The position numbers and the translations under genes are program-made. A DNA stretch of 64,000 nucleotides from an uncultured Gemmatimonadota bacterium (GTDB lineage Bacteria; JAAXHH01): contig OX638340.1 in NCBI GenBank assembly GCA_951812955.1, positions 160,001 through 224,000 on the forward strand. The letters are read 5' to 3'. Shown here one piece after another: positions 8,449-17,391 of the stretch. Below the pieces are notes generated by a model. That model searched no databases, was not told the DNA's origin, and saw only the letters and a list, made by a program, of their open reading frames with translations. Numbering within the stretch: the first letter of the stretch is position 1; each line of letters begins with the position of its first letter.

Positions 8449-9926
8449 AATGCGTCTTTGTCGTACTTGATACCGTCCGCCGGGACTTCCTGTCCTCATA
8501 CGGCAACGACTGGGTCCATACGCCGGCCCTCGACCGTCTGGCCGAGCGAGGCGTCGTTTTCGACAACCACTGGGTAGGTTCGCTTCCGTGCATGCCCGCG
8601 CGCCGGGAGTTCATGACCGGCAGGTACAACTTCATCTACCGGGGCTGGGGACCCATCGAGCCCTACGACGACACCCTGCCCGGCGAGTTGCGTAAGAACG
8701 AAGTATTCACCCACTTGCTGACCGATCATTACCACTATTTCGAACTCGGCGGCGAGAACTACCACACGGCCTTCAACACCTGGGACTTCTTCCGAGGCCA
8801 GGAAAACGACTGGTGGGCGTCCCACGTGGACCGGATGGCCCTGCCGGATCACCTGGGGCAGCTCACGCAGCAGAACTATGGCAACCGCAAGCTGCAGCAG
8901 CGGGAGGAAGACTTCTCCGGTCCCAAGACCGCGCAGGCGGCCATCGAGTGGCTGAAGTCGAACCAGGCGGCGGAGGACTGGTTCCTTCAGGTCGAGATCT
9001 TCGATCCCCACGAACCCTTCTATTGCACGGAGAAGTATAGGTCCATGTACGGGGACGATTACAAAGGCCCCTTTTACGACTGGCCGAGTTACGACGAAGT
9101 GCACGAGTCGCCGGAAGCCATAGACCACGTCCGGAAGTGCTATGCCGGGCTGCTTACGATGACGGACCACTGGGTCGGCAAGATCTTCGACACCCTCGAC
9201 GAACTTGGGTTGTGGGAAGATACCCTGGTCGTGTTCACCACGGATCACGGCACCATGCTGGCCGAGCATGATTTCTGGATGAAGAACATTATGCCGCTGT
9301 ACAACGAGATCGTCCGCATTCCCCTGATCGCCAGTCTGCCCGGCAACGAGAGAGCCGGAACGCGGACCGGCGCGCTCACGCAGACCATCGACCTGATGCC
9401 GACCTTTCTCGACTACTTCGATACACCGCCGCCGCCCCACGTGCAGGGTACGTCGTTGCGCGGGATGCTGGACGGCGAAGGCGTGCGATCGGACGGCATT
9501 TTCGGATATTTCGGCATGGCGATGAACATCACCGACGGCCGGTACGTGTACATGCGCAACCCGGTGAACGAGGATGCCGGCCCCCTCTACGCCTATACGG
9601 CCATGCCCACCGGCGGCCTGAACCGCTGGTATCCGCGGGAGGTGTACGACCGGGTGGAAACGGGCCGCTACTTCGGCCACACCTACAACCTGCCGCTGTA
9701 CAAGATCCCGACGGAGGGCAAGGTCCCGAGGCACCATCCAGACGAGGCGTCCTACGCGGGGCGCAACCAGCTGTTTGACGTGGTCGCCGATCCCGCTCAA
9801 CAGCACCCGATCGTCGATCCGGAACTGGAAAGGCATTTCACCGACGGGATTGCCCGGCACCTTGAAACCTGCGAGGCCATGCCGGAGCAGTTCGCCCGGC
9901 TCGGTATCGACCCGCCCGGCGCATAG
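8445..9926 (+). CDS. sulfatase (Cys-type formylglycine, arylsulfatase family)
   Basis: 493 aa; sulfatase signature CMPARREFMTGR (C-x-P-x-R-x4-TG) near N-terminus; ATG overlaps upstream stop. Confidence 0.85.
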   Translation: MKCVFVVLDTVRRDFLSSYGNDWVHTPALDRLAERGVVFDNHWVGSLPCMPARREFMTGRYNFIYRGWGPIEPYDDTLPGELRKNEVFTHLLTDHYHYFELGGENYHTAFNTWDFFRGQENDWWASHVDRMALPDHLGQLTQQNYGNRKLQQREEDFSGPKTAQAAIEWLKSNQAAEDWFLQVEIFDPHEPFYCTEKYRSMYGDDYKGPFYDWPSYDEVHESPEAIDHVRKCYAGLLTMTDHWVGKIFDTLDELGLWEDTLVVFTTDHGTMLAEHDFWMKNIMPLYNEIVRIPLIASLPGNERAGTRTGALTQTIDLMPTFLDYFDTPPPPHVQGTSLRGMLDGEGVRSDGIFGYFGMAMNITDGRYVYMRNPVNEDAGPLYAYTAMPTGGLNRWYPREVYDRVETGRYFGHTYNLPLYKIPTEGKVPRHHPDEASYAGRNQLFDVVADPAQQHPIVDPELERHFTDGIARHLETCEAMPEQFARLGIDPPGA

Positions 9927-9957
9927 CGTATTGCACGATGGAGGGATCCGTTGGGCG

Positions 9958-10024
9958 GTACGCGGAACGAGCAGGCCGGAAAAACCCAATACGCGGAACA
10001 AGCAGTACGCGGACCAAGCAGGCC
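9958..10024. repeat. three imperfect direct repeats TACGCGGA(A/C)C(G/A)AGCAG(GCC) in the intergenic region upstream of the solute-binding protein gene
   Basis: copies at 9958-9977, 9989-10005, 10006-10024; further GTACG(C/A)-cores at about 10037 and 10071. Confidence 0.5.
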
Positions 10025-10094
10025 AGAGCCTGCAAGGTACGAGCTGCGATAAATGGTTCGCTGTAACGAGTACGCAGATACAAGGGGTAAGCTG

Positions 10095-11891
10095 ATGATT
10101 CACCGCCTTCGTCGCCAGGCGCCGGTTTTCGTCGCGGCCGTACTTGCGCTGTCATTTCTGCAATGCGGCGCGCAGCCCGATCCTGATGAGACCGAAGAAG
10201 GCAGCGGCCCCCAGCTGTTGTTCGGTCAGACCGCGGAGATGAAAGAGGCTGCCCACGCCGCGTTGATGGAACGTCTTCCTGAAGATGCCGCGCCCCTGGA
10301 GTACCAGGTGTTCCGGTACATGGCCGCCGAACCCAAGAGCATGGACCAGGGCGTCTCGATTTACGTGGCCGGCGGCAGCGAATTCCACTTCGAAAGGCTC
10401 GCCATGTTCGGTGTGAATGGGGAGCTCATCCCGGGTGCGGCGGATTCCTGGGAGACCACGGAAGACGGGAAGACTTGGACCTTTCACCTGCGCCGGGACG
10501 CACGGTGGAGCGACGGACGGCCCGTCACCGCGCACGATTTCGAATACACCTTCAAGCGGTTCCTCCATCCGAACGCGGGCAACGTTTACGCCTTTCTCTA
10601 CTACGATATCAAGGGCGCCCGGGCATACAACCAGCGGGAAACGGACGATGTCGACACCGTGGGGGTCTGGGCCGTGGACGACTATACCCTGGTCATAGAG
10701 ACGGAACAATCCTGCGCCTTCCTGCCCCATATCACCGCCTACCTGACCTCCGCACCCGTTCCCCCGTGGCAGGTCGAGAAGTATGGGGACCAGTGGGCGC
10801 TCGCCGGCACCTGCCTGACCAATGGGCCCTTTCAACTCGAGACCTGGAAAACGGGCCAGTACATGACCTTCGGCCTGAATCCCCATTACTCCGGCCCCAA
10901 TCCCGGCCATCTCCGCCAGATCGTCCGCATATTCAACGCCATGGTTGGCTCGGTCAGCGCGTCGAACGACATGGGGCTGCTGCCCTACGAAAATGACGAG
11001 ATCGACGTAATCGATATCAGCCCCATGGTCTACGGCGGCCTGCGCGGCGACCCGGAGTGGAACGAACCCGCGTGGACTTACGACCAGTTCACGACGATCT
11101 ACCTTTTCTTCCGGACGCGTCAGCCCCCCTTCGACAACCTCAAGGTCCGCCAGGCCTTCGCCCATGCCATCGACAAAGTGTCGCTGAACGAGACGATTCT
11201 CCAGGACATGATGATTCCCGCCTATACCATGCTTCCGCTCCATTTCCCAGGTTACGTCGGGGATAAATACCAGGACCACCAGCGGTTCGACGTGGAACTC
11301 GCCCGGCAACTGCTCGCGGAGGCGGGTTATCCGGACGGCAGGGGTTTTCCGCGGATGGATATCTGGCTCGCCGACGCGACGCCCGCTTCTTCCATCAGCC
11401 AGGCTGCCCAGGCGTTACAGGAGATGCTCAAGGAGAATCTGAATATCCAGATCGGCATCCGGAACACGGAAGGGGCCGCGTACCGGTCGGCCATGTACAA
11501 CTGGGACATGCCCATGAGCATCGTCGGTTTCAACTACGACTTCCCCGATCCCCATAGCATGCTCGGCATCATCTGGCGATCACAGCCCAGGGGCTATACC
11601 CGCCACGACTGGCTGAATCCGGCCTTCGACCGGCTGATCGACATGGCTGCCGGGGAGCTGCATCACGAGGCCCGCATGGCCATGTACGACGAGGCCGAAG
11701 GGATTCTCGCCTCCGAGGCCGCCGCGGTCTTCCTGTGGCATGTCAATACCTACCAGTTGCGCAAGCCGTGGTTGAAGGGGTTCAAGGAAGACCGGTGGGG
11801 CAATTTTCCCAATTACCGGAACGCGGGCACGTATTACGACCTCTACATTGGGAAAGAGGCCGTGGAAAGCGATCGCCGCATTGATTACTGA
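10095..11891 (+). CDS. ABC transporter substrate-binding protein, family 5 (peptide/nickel/opine type), apparently orphan (no adjacent permease/ATPase)
   Basis: about 598 aa from ATG 10095 (ORF track begins 10053); N-terminal signal peptide MIHRLRRQAPVFVAAVLALSFLQCGA; size and composition typical of SBP_bac_5. Confidence 0.65.
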   Translation: MIHRLRRQAPVFVAAVLALSFLQCGAQPDPDETEEGSGPQLLFGQTAEMKEAAHAALMERLPEDAAPLEYQVFRYMAAEPKSMDQGVSIYVAGGSEFHFERLAMFGVNGELIPGAADSWETTEDGKTWTFHLRRDARWSDGRPVTAHDFEYTFKRFLHPNAGNVYAFLYYDIKGARAYNQRETDDVDTVGVWAVDDYTLVIETEQSCAFLPHITAYLTSAPVPPWQVEKYGDQWALAGTCLTNGPFQLETWKTGQYMTFGLNPHYSGPNPGHLRQIVRIFNAMVGSVSASNDMGLLPYENDEIDVIDISPMVYGGLRGDPEWNEPAWTYDQFTTIYLFFRTRQPPFDNLKVRQAFAHAIDKVSLNETILQDMMIPAYTMLPLHFPGYVGDKYQDHQRFDVELARQLLAEAGYPDGRGFPRMDIWLADATPASSISQAAQALQEMLKENLNIQIGIRNTEGAAYRSAMYNWDMPMSIVGFNYDFPDPHSMLGIIWRSQPRGYTRHDWLNPAFDRLIDMAAGELHHEARMAMYDEAEGILASEAAAVFLWHVNTYQLRKPWLKGFKEDRWGNFPNYRNAGTYYDLYIGKEAVESDRRIDY

Positions 11892-12050
11892 GGCACCCGG
11901 CGATGATCGCGCCCGGCCTTCGGATCGCGTCCTGCGACTATCACGCTCGGCCTCCGGATTGACTGCGTGTTTCGCATAGAAGCATCGGTTTTTCCTGAGG
12001 CTTGCAGATTGACCACAGAACGTCGATAAAGAAAACGGACAGGCTCACCC

Positions 12051-12875
12051 ATGGAAAACGAACACCAGTACGCCAAGATGACCGACGCGCAGCGTGAGCA
12101 TCTGGACCAGTACGGCTATCTGGTTATCGAAGACGCGTTGCCCCCAGCCGTTGTAGGCGAGTTGAACGCAGGCATCGACGAAGTGTACGACAGAGCCTGG
12201 AACGAAGGCAAGCTGGGGGATAAAGACGATCTGAACTTGCGGAACTGCATTGTGGCACACGACGCCTTTCTTCAGTTGCTCGACTGGCCGGCGACGATCC
12301 CGCTGGCCTGGGGCGCGCTCAGCTGGAACATCCAGATGATCACCTCCCACCTGATCGTGCTTCCGTCCGGACCGGAACCCTCCGAGGAGGCCAAGCGCGG
12401 GCATGGCATGCACCGCGACGGCGGCCGTTCCTTCGTCGAAATGCAAGAGCCCCATCCCCGCATCCTGCTGAAGATCGCCTACGTACTCAGCGACCAGACG
12501 GACCCGGCATCGGGCGCCACGGCCCTGGTGCCCGGCAGCAACCGGATCACGGGAGAACCGCCGCGGGATCCGGCCACTGGATGGCCATATGGCGCTATCC
12601 AGATGAACCTGCCCGCCGGAAGCGCCTTCCTGTTCGAACAGCGCACCTTTCACAGCATCGGGAAGAACTGGTGCGGCCAGGACCGCCGGACCATCTTCAT
12701 GGGGTATGCCTACCGCTGGGTAAAGCCCATGGACTATATCCAGATGCCGAAGTCGCTCGTGGACCGCTGCACTCCCCTGCAGAAGCAGTTGATCGGCGAA
12801 GTGGGCGACGCACTGAGCTACTATCTGCCGGAGGAAGAGGACGTTCCCCTCAAGGCGTATCTGGAAGGGAAATGA
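12051..12875 (+). CDS. phytanoyl-CoA dioxygenase (PhyH) family Fe(II)/2-oxoglutarate oxygenase
   Basis: 274 aa; PhyH-like N-terminus (DQYGYLVIEDALP), metal-binding HGMHRDGG and a distal conserved His. Confidence 0.6.
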   Translation: MENEHQYAKMTDAQREHLDQYGYLVIEDALPPAVVGELNAGIDEVYDRAWNEGKLGDKDDLNLRNCIVAHDAFLQLLDWPATIPLAWGALSWNIQMITSHLIVLPSGPEPSEEAKRGHGMHRDGGRSFVEMQEPHPRILLKIAYVLSDQTDPASGATALVPGSNRITGEPPRDPATGWPYGAIQMNLPAGSAFLFEQRTFHSIGKNWCGQDRRTIFMGYAYRWVKPMDYIQMPKSLVDRCTPLQKQLIGEVGDALSYYLPEEEDVPLKAYLEGK

Positions 12876-12884
12876 GGTCCGCAC

Positions 12885-14240
12885 ATGGCCAATGTCCTCC
12901 TGCTCATGTCCGACGAGCACAATCCGTTCTACGCTTCAGTCTACGGCCATTCCTTCGTGCATACCCCGGCCATGGACCGGCTCGCGGAGAACGGGGTCGT
13001 CTACGAGAGCGCCTACTGTCCCTCGCCCCTGTGCACGCCCAGCAGGTCCGCCTTCATGTCGGGACGCCGGGTCCACCAGATACAGGCCTATTCCAACTGC
13101 ACAATCGGCGTGGAGCCGGATATACCGACCTATGGACGCGCCCTGGCCGAACAGGGGGTTCATTCCGTGCACGTGGGCAAGACCCACGTTTACGCTCCGA
13201 GCAGTGGACTGGGATTCCGTGAGACGCGGAACGCCGTGGAGAATATGGGCGCCGGCGATCTGGAAATCGGCCGCCGTCCTTTCCGTATCAGGCGAGCGGC
13301 CGCGGAACGGGCCACCCAGTTCGGCGTGAAAGCATCGCATCTCCGGGTCGACCTGGACCGCGTCGACGCCGCCATAGACTGGATATCAAATACCGCGCCG
13401 ACCCTGGATACGCCGTGGACGCTCTCGGTAAACATCATCCATCCCCACTTCCCCCACTATACGTCGCAGGAACTCTGGGATCTCTATCCGCAAGGCGGCG
13501 ATCTGCCGGAGTACGGGACGGATCGGGAGACTGCGAACCACCCCAGGGCACGGGAAGTCAGGGAGCACTTCCAGACGGACGCGTTCACCGAGGAACAGGT
13601 ACGGGGACAGCGGCGGGGATACCTGGCGTGCGTGACGTTCGTGGACCGGCAGCTGGCGCGGCTTATCGAAGCGCTGAAGGCATCGGGACAATACGACGAT
13701 ACGAATGTCATTTACACGTCGGACCACGGCGAAATGCTTGGAAAGTTCGGCATGTGGTGGAAGTGTTCTCTCTACGAAGACGCGAGCCGGATCCCATGCA
13801 TCGCGGCGGGACCCGATTTTCCTGCGGATCTGCGCGTGTCGACGCCGGTGGACCTCCACGATGTACAGGCGAGCCTCTTCGAATCGACCGGCGCCGACCG
13901 TCCAATCGACTGGGTGGGGCGGCCTCTGCAGAACATGCCCGAACAGGATGACCAGCGCGTCGTTTTCTCCGAATACCATGGCCACGGCGTTCGCCAAAGT
14001 GCCTTCATGATCCGAAAAGGCAGATGGAAGTACATTCACCACCTTAACGCGCCGCACCAACTGTTCGACCTGGACCGGGATCCCGATGAACTGCAGAACG
14101 TGCATGGCGCGTGCGCCGAGGTGGCCGCAGACCTGGAGCGGGAGCTCCGCGCGATCTGCGATCCGGAAGTGGAGAACGACCGCGCGGATCGATTCATTGA
14201 AACGCAACTTGCGTCCATGTCGTCGAGTGGCCCATCGTAG
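12885..14240 (+). CDS. sulfatase (Cys-type)
   Basis: 451 aa; CTPSRSAFMSGR signature; begins 9 nt after upstream stop. Confidence 0.85.
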   Translation: MANVLLLMSDEHNPFYASVYGHSFVHTPAMDRLAENGVVYESAYCPSPLCTPSRSAFMSGRRVHQIQAYSNCTIGVEPDIPTYGRALAEQGVHSVHVGKTHVYAPSSGLGFRETRNAVENMGAGDLEIGRRPFRIRRAAAERATQFGVKASHLRVDLDRVDAAIDWISNTAPTLDTPWTLSVNIIHPHFPHYTSQELWDLYPQGGDLPEYGTDRETANHPRAREVREHFQTDAFTEEQVRGQRRGYLACVTFVDRQLARLIEALKASGQYDDTNVIYTSDHGEMLGKFGMWWKCSLYEDASRIPCIAAGPDFPADLRVSTPVDLHDVQASLFESTGADRPIDWVGRPLQNMPEQDDQRVVFSEYHGHGVRQSAFMIRKGRWKYIHHLNAPHQLFDLDRDPDELQNVHGACAEVAADLERELRAICDPEVENDRADRFIETQLASMSSSGPS

Positions 14241-14285
14241 CGAGCCCATCGTAACAAGCCCATCTGAATAAGCAAACGGAGCGAA

Positions 14286-15695
14286 ATGAGCGGGAAACGA
14301 TTGCTAGGAATCACCGTTCTGGCCGACTTCATCCTGAACGAGGGGGTGGAGTCCGTGCTGGACAATCTCGTCGAACGGGCCGGCGCCACAGCCGTGGCGC
14401 TGAACCCCACGGTGACCGCGCCGTCGGAGGAGGGGGCCGGTTCCTTCCAGCCACCCACCGACGCCGGAAGCAGTCCAAGGCTCTTCGATCGTCCCCTGTG
14501 GGGCCGGCGCTCGCTCTGGGTCCGTAGCGCGCCCAGTTATCACCCCCGAACCTCGTACTATGCCGATACTCCGTACAAGCCCCGCGCGCCGAACGAGTTG
14601 ACCGACGAGCATGGCGATCTGGTCGGACGATTCATCGACGCGGCCCTGGACCGGGGACTCAAGGTCTACCTGCAGTTGAGCGGCGCGACGCCACCCGGAC
14701 TCCTGGACGACGACCGGCCGCGACGGCCGGACGGACAACTGCCGGACCGCATGGCCGACACGGGATGTCTCGCCAGCGAGGCGATCCGGGCTTACATCGC
14801 GGCCTACGTGCGCGACCTGTTGGAGCAGTACCCTCGGATTACAGGATTCCGGCCGGACTGGCCCGAGTATCCCTGTTACAAGCTGGACGAAGCCTTTCAG
14901 GATTTCAATCCACAGGTGGCGCACTGGGCGGCGGCCCATGGATTCGACTACGCGTCCATACACCGGGAGGTCCTGGCGGCGTTCGAATATCTGCACGGAC
15001 GGCTCGAGAACGGTGATCTGCTGGACTTCAGCGGTCCCGGCCGGGGCACGGCGACGCTGGCTGAACTGCTCCGTTCCTCACCGGGTATCGTGGAGTGGAT
15101 GCGCCTTAAGTCCGCCCTGTCCAACGACCTGCTGCGCCACTGGAGGACCGTCGTCACGGACCATGGCGGACCCGAAATGGAGCTGTCTGCCAACGCCTTC
15201 ATGCTTCCGCTCACCCTGTGGACGGGCTTCGATTTCCGTGAAGCGGCGAAACTCTGCGACGCCCTGTCTCCCAAGCTGTATACCATGCACTGGTCGGTCA
15301 TGGTGGAATTCTGGGGGCGGGTACTCCTGAAGCACAATCCCGGCCTGGACGAGCGGCTTCTGGTGCGTTCGCTCGCCCATCTCTTCGACCTGGGCGATGA
15401 AATCACGGCCACACGCATCGATCAATACAGGTATCCCGATCCCGACGAGCCCCATCCCATTCCCGACAACGTCCAGAGTCGGCGGATCGAGCAGGTCTGC
15501 GCCGAAGTGAACGGCCGCGCGTTGGTCACCCCGCTGATGCACGGTTACGGCCCGCACCACGACTTCGTCCGGCGTTTCAGGGTGGTGGCGGAAAGCCCGG
15601 CCGATGGCGTATGGATCAATCGTTACGGGTACCTCAGCGACGAAAAGCTGGATGCGGTGGGGCGCATATGGCGGCGAGCAGACCGAGCAACTTGA
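14286..15695 (+). CDS. hypothetical protein (possibly a TIM-barrel glycoside-hydrolase-like fold), embedded between sulfatases
   Basis: 469 aa; no signal peptide obvious; no family recognisable by eye. Confidence 0.45.
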   Translation: MSGKRLLGITVLADFILNEGVESVLDNLVERAGATAVALNPTVTAPSEEGAGSFQPPTDAGSSPRLFDRPLWGRRSLWVRSAPSYHPRTSYYADTPYKPRAPNELTDEHGDLVGRFIDAALDRGLKVYLQLSGATPPGLLDDDRPRRPDGQLPDRMADTGCLASEAIRAYIAAYVRDLLEQYPRITGFRPDWPEYPCYKLDEAFQDFNPQVAHWAAAHGFDYASIHREVLAAFEYLHGRLENGDLLDFSGPGRGTATLAELLRSSPGIVEWMRLKSALSNDLLRHWRTVVTDHGGPEMELSANAFMLPLTLWTGFDFREAAKLCDALSPKLYTMHWSVMVEFWGRVLLKHNPGLDERLLVRSLAHLFDLGDEITATRIDQYRYPDPDEPHPIPDNVQSRRIEQVCAEVNGRALVTPLMHGYGPHHDFVRRFRVVAESPADGVWINRYGYLSDEKLDAVGRIWRRADRAT

Positions 15696-15750
15696 CGGCG
15701 CCTGCTGGACGAGGTGGGCCGCATCTGGCGGCGCACTCGAAAGGAAACCA

Positions 15751-17277
15751 ATGACCCGGCCCAACATCCTGTTCATCATGACGGACCAGCAGCGCTTCGA
15801 TACCATCGCCGCGCTGGGGAACGACGTCATCCACACGCCTAACATGGATCGCCTGGTGCGCCGGGGCGTTTCCTTTACCCGGGGCTACTCGACCTGCCCC
15901 GTCTGTGTGGCGGCGCGGACGACCATCCGCACCGGTTGTGATCCGCCCACTACCCGCGTATTCAGTAACAGCCGGTCCGCTCCTGTGCCAGGCCAGGCCG
16001 GTACGCTTGAAGGCCGGTGCGGGGACTATCTTGCACGTACCCTGTCGGCGATGGGCTACCGAACCTTCGGCGTGGGAAAGTTCCACACGGCCCCATGGGA
16101 TGAAGACATCGGATATGAATCCCAGCTGCATAGCGAGGAGCTTTACGCCAGCCCGCGTCAGCGTCGGGAGGAAGCCTACGCGGGATGGATTGCGCGGGAA
16201 CATCCGGAATTCGACTATATCGAAGCGCTCATGGGGGAACGGACTGAGATGTACTACATGCCCCAGGCGAGTCCGCTGCCCGCCCACCTGACCTTGGAAT
16301 CCTGGGCGGCCGACCGCTCGATCGAGGCATTGCAGCAACCCGGCGATCGGCCGTTCTTCGGCTTCGTGTCCTTCATCGGTCCTCATCCGCCCTTTGCGCC
16401 GCCTGTACCCTTCAATCGGATCTACGATCCCGACCGTATGCCCGGTCCGGTTCGGGGCGAAAAGGCGGTGGACCACATGGACGAGCAGATACCCTACATG
16501 AACCGGATCATCTGGGCGGACGAGATCAACGATGCCTTGACACGGACTCTAAAGGCCCGTTATTACGGAGAGATCACCTACATCGACGATTGCCTGGGAC
16601 GGATACTGGATGCCGTCGAGGCCAGGGCGGACGCCAATGATACGCTCATCTGCTTTTTCTCGGACCACGGCGACCATCTCGGCGACCATACGGCTTGGCA
16701 AAAGGAGAGTTTCTTCGACGTTTCGGCACGGGTGCCTTTCCTGGTAAGCTGGCCCGCCCGGCTTCCGCGGGATGTCCGCCGAGACGACCTGGTCTGCCTG
16801 ACCGATCTGTTTGCCATCGCCACCCATGCCGCCGGACAGACCCAGGTCCGCGACGGTGTCGACGTACTCGGCGCAATCGAAGGCAGCGTCTCGCCGAGGG
16901 AGCACCTCTTCGGATATTACGGCGAGCCGGGAACGGACCGGTTCAAAATCATGGTCCGAAGCGAAGACTGGAAATACATTTACCTGGCCAACGGAGGTGG
17001 GGAGCAACTCTTCAATACGGCCGAAGACCCCGCCGAGATCGCGAACAGGATCGAGACCGATCGGGACGTGGCGGACGGTCTGTATCGCTGTGCAGTGGAA
17101 GCATGTGGCCATCCAGGCGCTTCCGGTGCCCTGGTTGGCAAGAACCTGAGGTCCTTTCCCTACACCAGGTGGAAGGCCTCGCGGATATACCAGTTCGACC
17201 GCTCGCGGGATGTGCGGGGGTTTCCCGGTCATCCCAGCGAAGTGTTGGGTCCCTGGATCCGTCGCGGCCGCAGATAA
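15751..17277 (+). CDS. sulfatase (Cys-type, variant C-x-A-x-R motif)
   Basis: about 508 aa from ATG 15751 (ORF track 15604 overlaps previous gene); MTRPNILFIMTDQQRFD N-terminus and STCPVCVAARTTIRTG = C-V-A-A-R-x4-TG; AAAGGAAA RBS. Confidence 0.8.
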   Translation: MTRPNILFIMTDQQRFDTIAALGNDVIHTPNMDRLVRRGVSFTRGYSTCPVCVAARTTIRTGCDPPTTRVFSNSRSAPVPGQAGTLEGRCGDYLARTLSAMGYRTFGVGKFHTAPWDEDIGYESQLHSEELYASPRQRREEAYAGWIAREHPEFDYIEALMGERTEMYYMPQASPLPAHLTLESWAADRSIEALQQPGDRPFFGFVSFIGPHPPFAPPVPFNRIYDPDRMPGPVRGEKAVDHMDEQIPYMNRIIWADEINDALTRTLKARYYGEITYIDDCLGRILDAVEARADANDTLICFFSDHGDHLGDHTAWQKESFFDVSARVPFLVSWPARLPRDVRRDDLVCLTDLFAIATHAAGQTQVRDGVDVLGAIEGSVSPREHLFGYYGEPGTDRFKIMVRSEDWKYIYLANGGGEQLFNTAEDPAEIANRIETDRDVADGLYRCAVEACGHPGASGALVGKNLRSFPYTRWKASRIYQFDRSRDVRGFPGHPSEVLGPWIRRGRR

Positions 17278-17391
17278 GAGGCGACACGGCCGCAGATAAG
17301 AATCAGGGTGACCGGAGTTTGTCTCGGTTTTCCCCGCAATATCATTCTTGGGAATCCGCGCTCGAATCGACGAAGAGGAAGAGTTCATATC

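Noticed and set aside
8496-10103. 535-aa ORF on minus strand antisense to sulfatase 1
   Set aside because: Lies entirely opposite a gene with a clear sulfatase signature; long stop-free antisense frames are expected at this GC content; no recognisable motif; Gly/Arg/Pro/Val-rich composition typical of GC-driven shadow ORFs. Same reasoning applied to the antisense ORFs at 7657-8499, 10152-11309, 12045-12920, 13386-14249, 15078-15845, 15634-16476 and 16549-17721.
15604-15750. ORF-track start of sulfatase 3 (MAYGSIVTG...)
   Set aside because: Overlaps the end of the previous gene; sulfatase homology begins at MTRPNILFIMTDQQ (ATG 15751) which has its own RBS.
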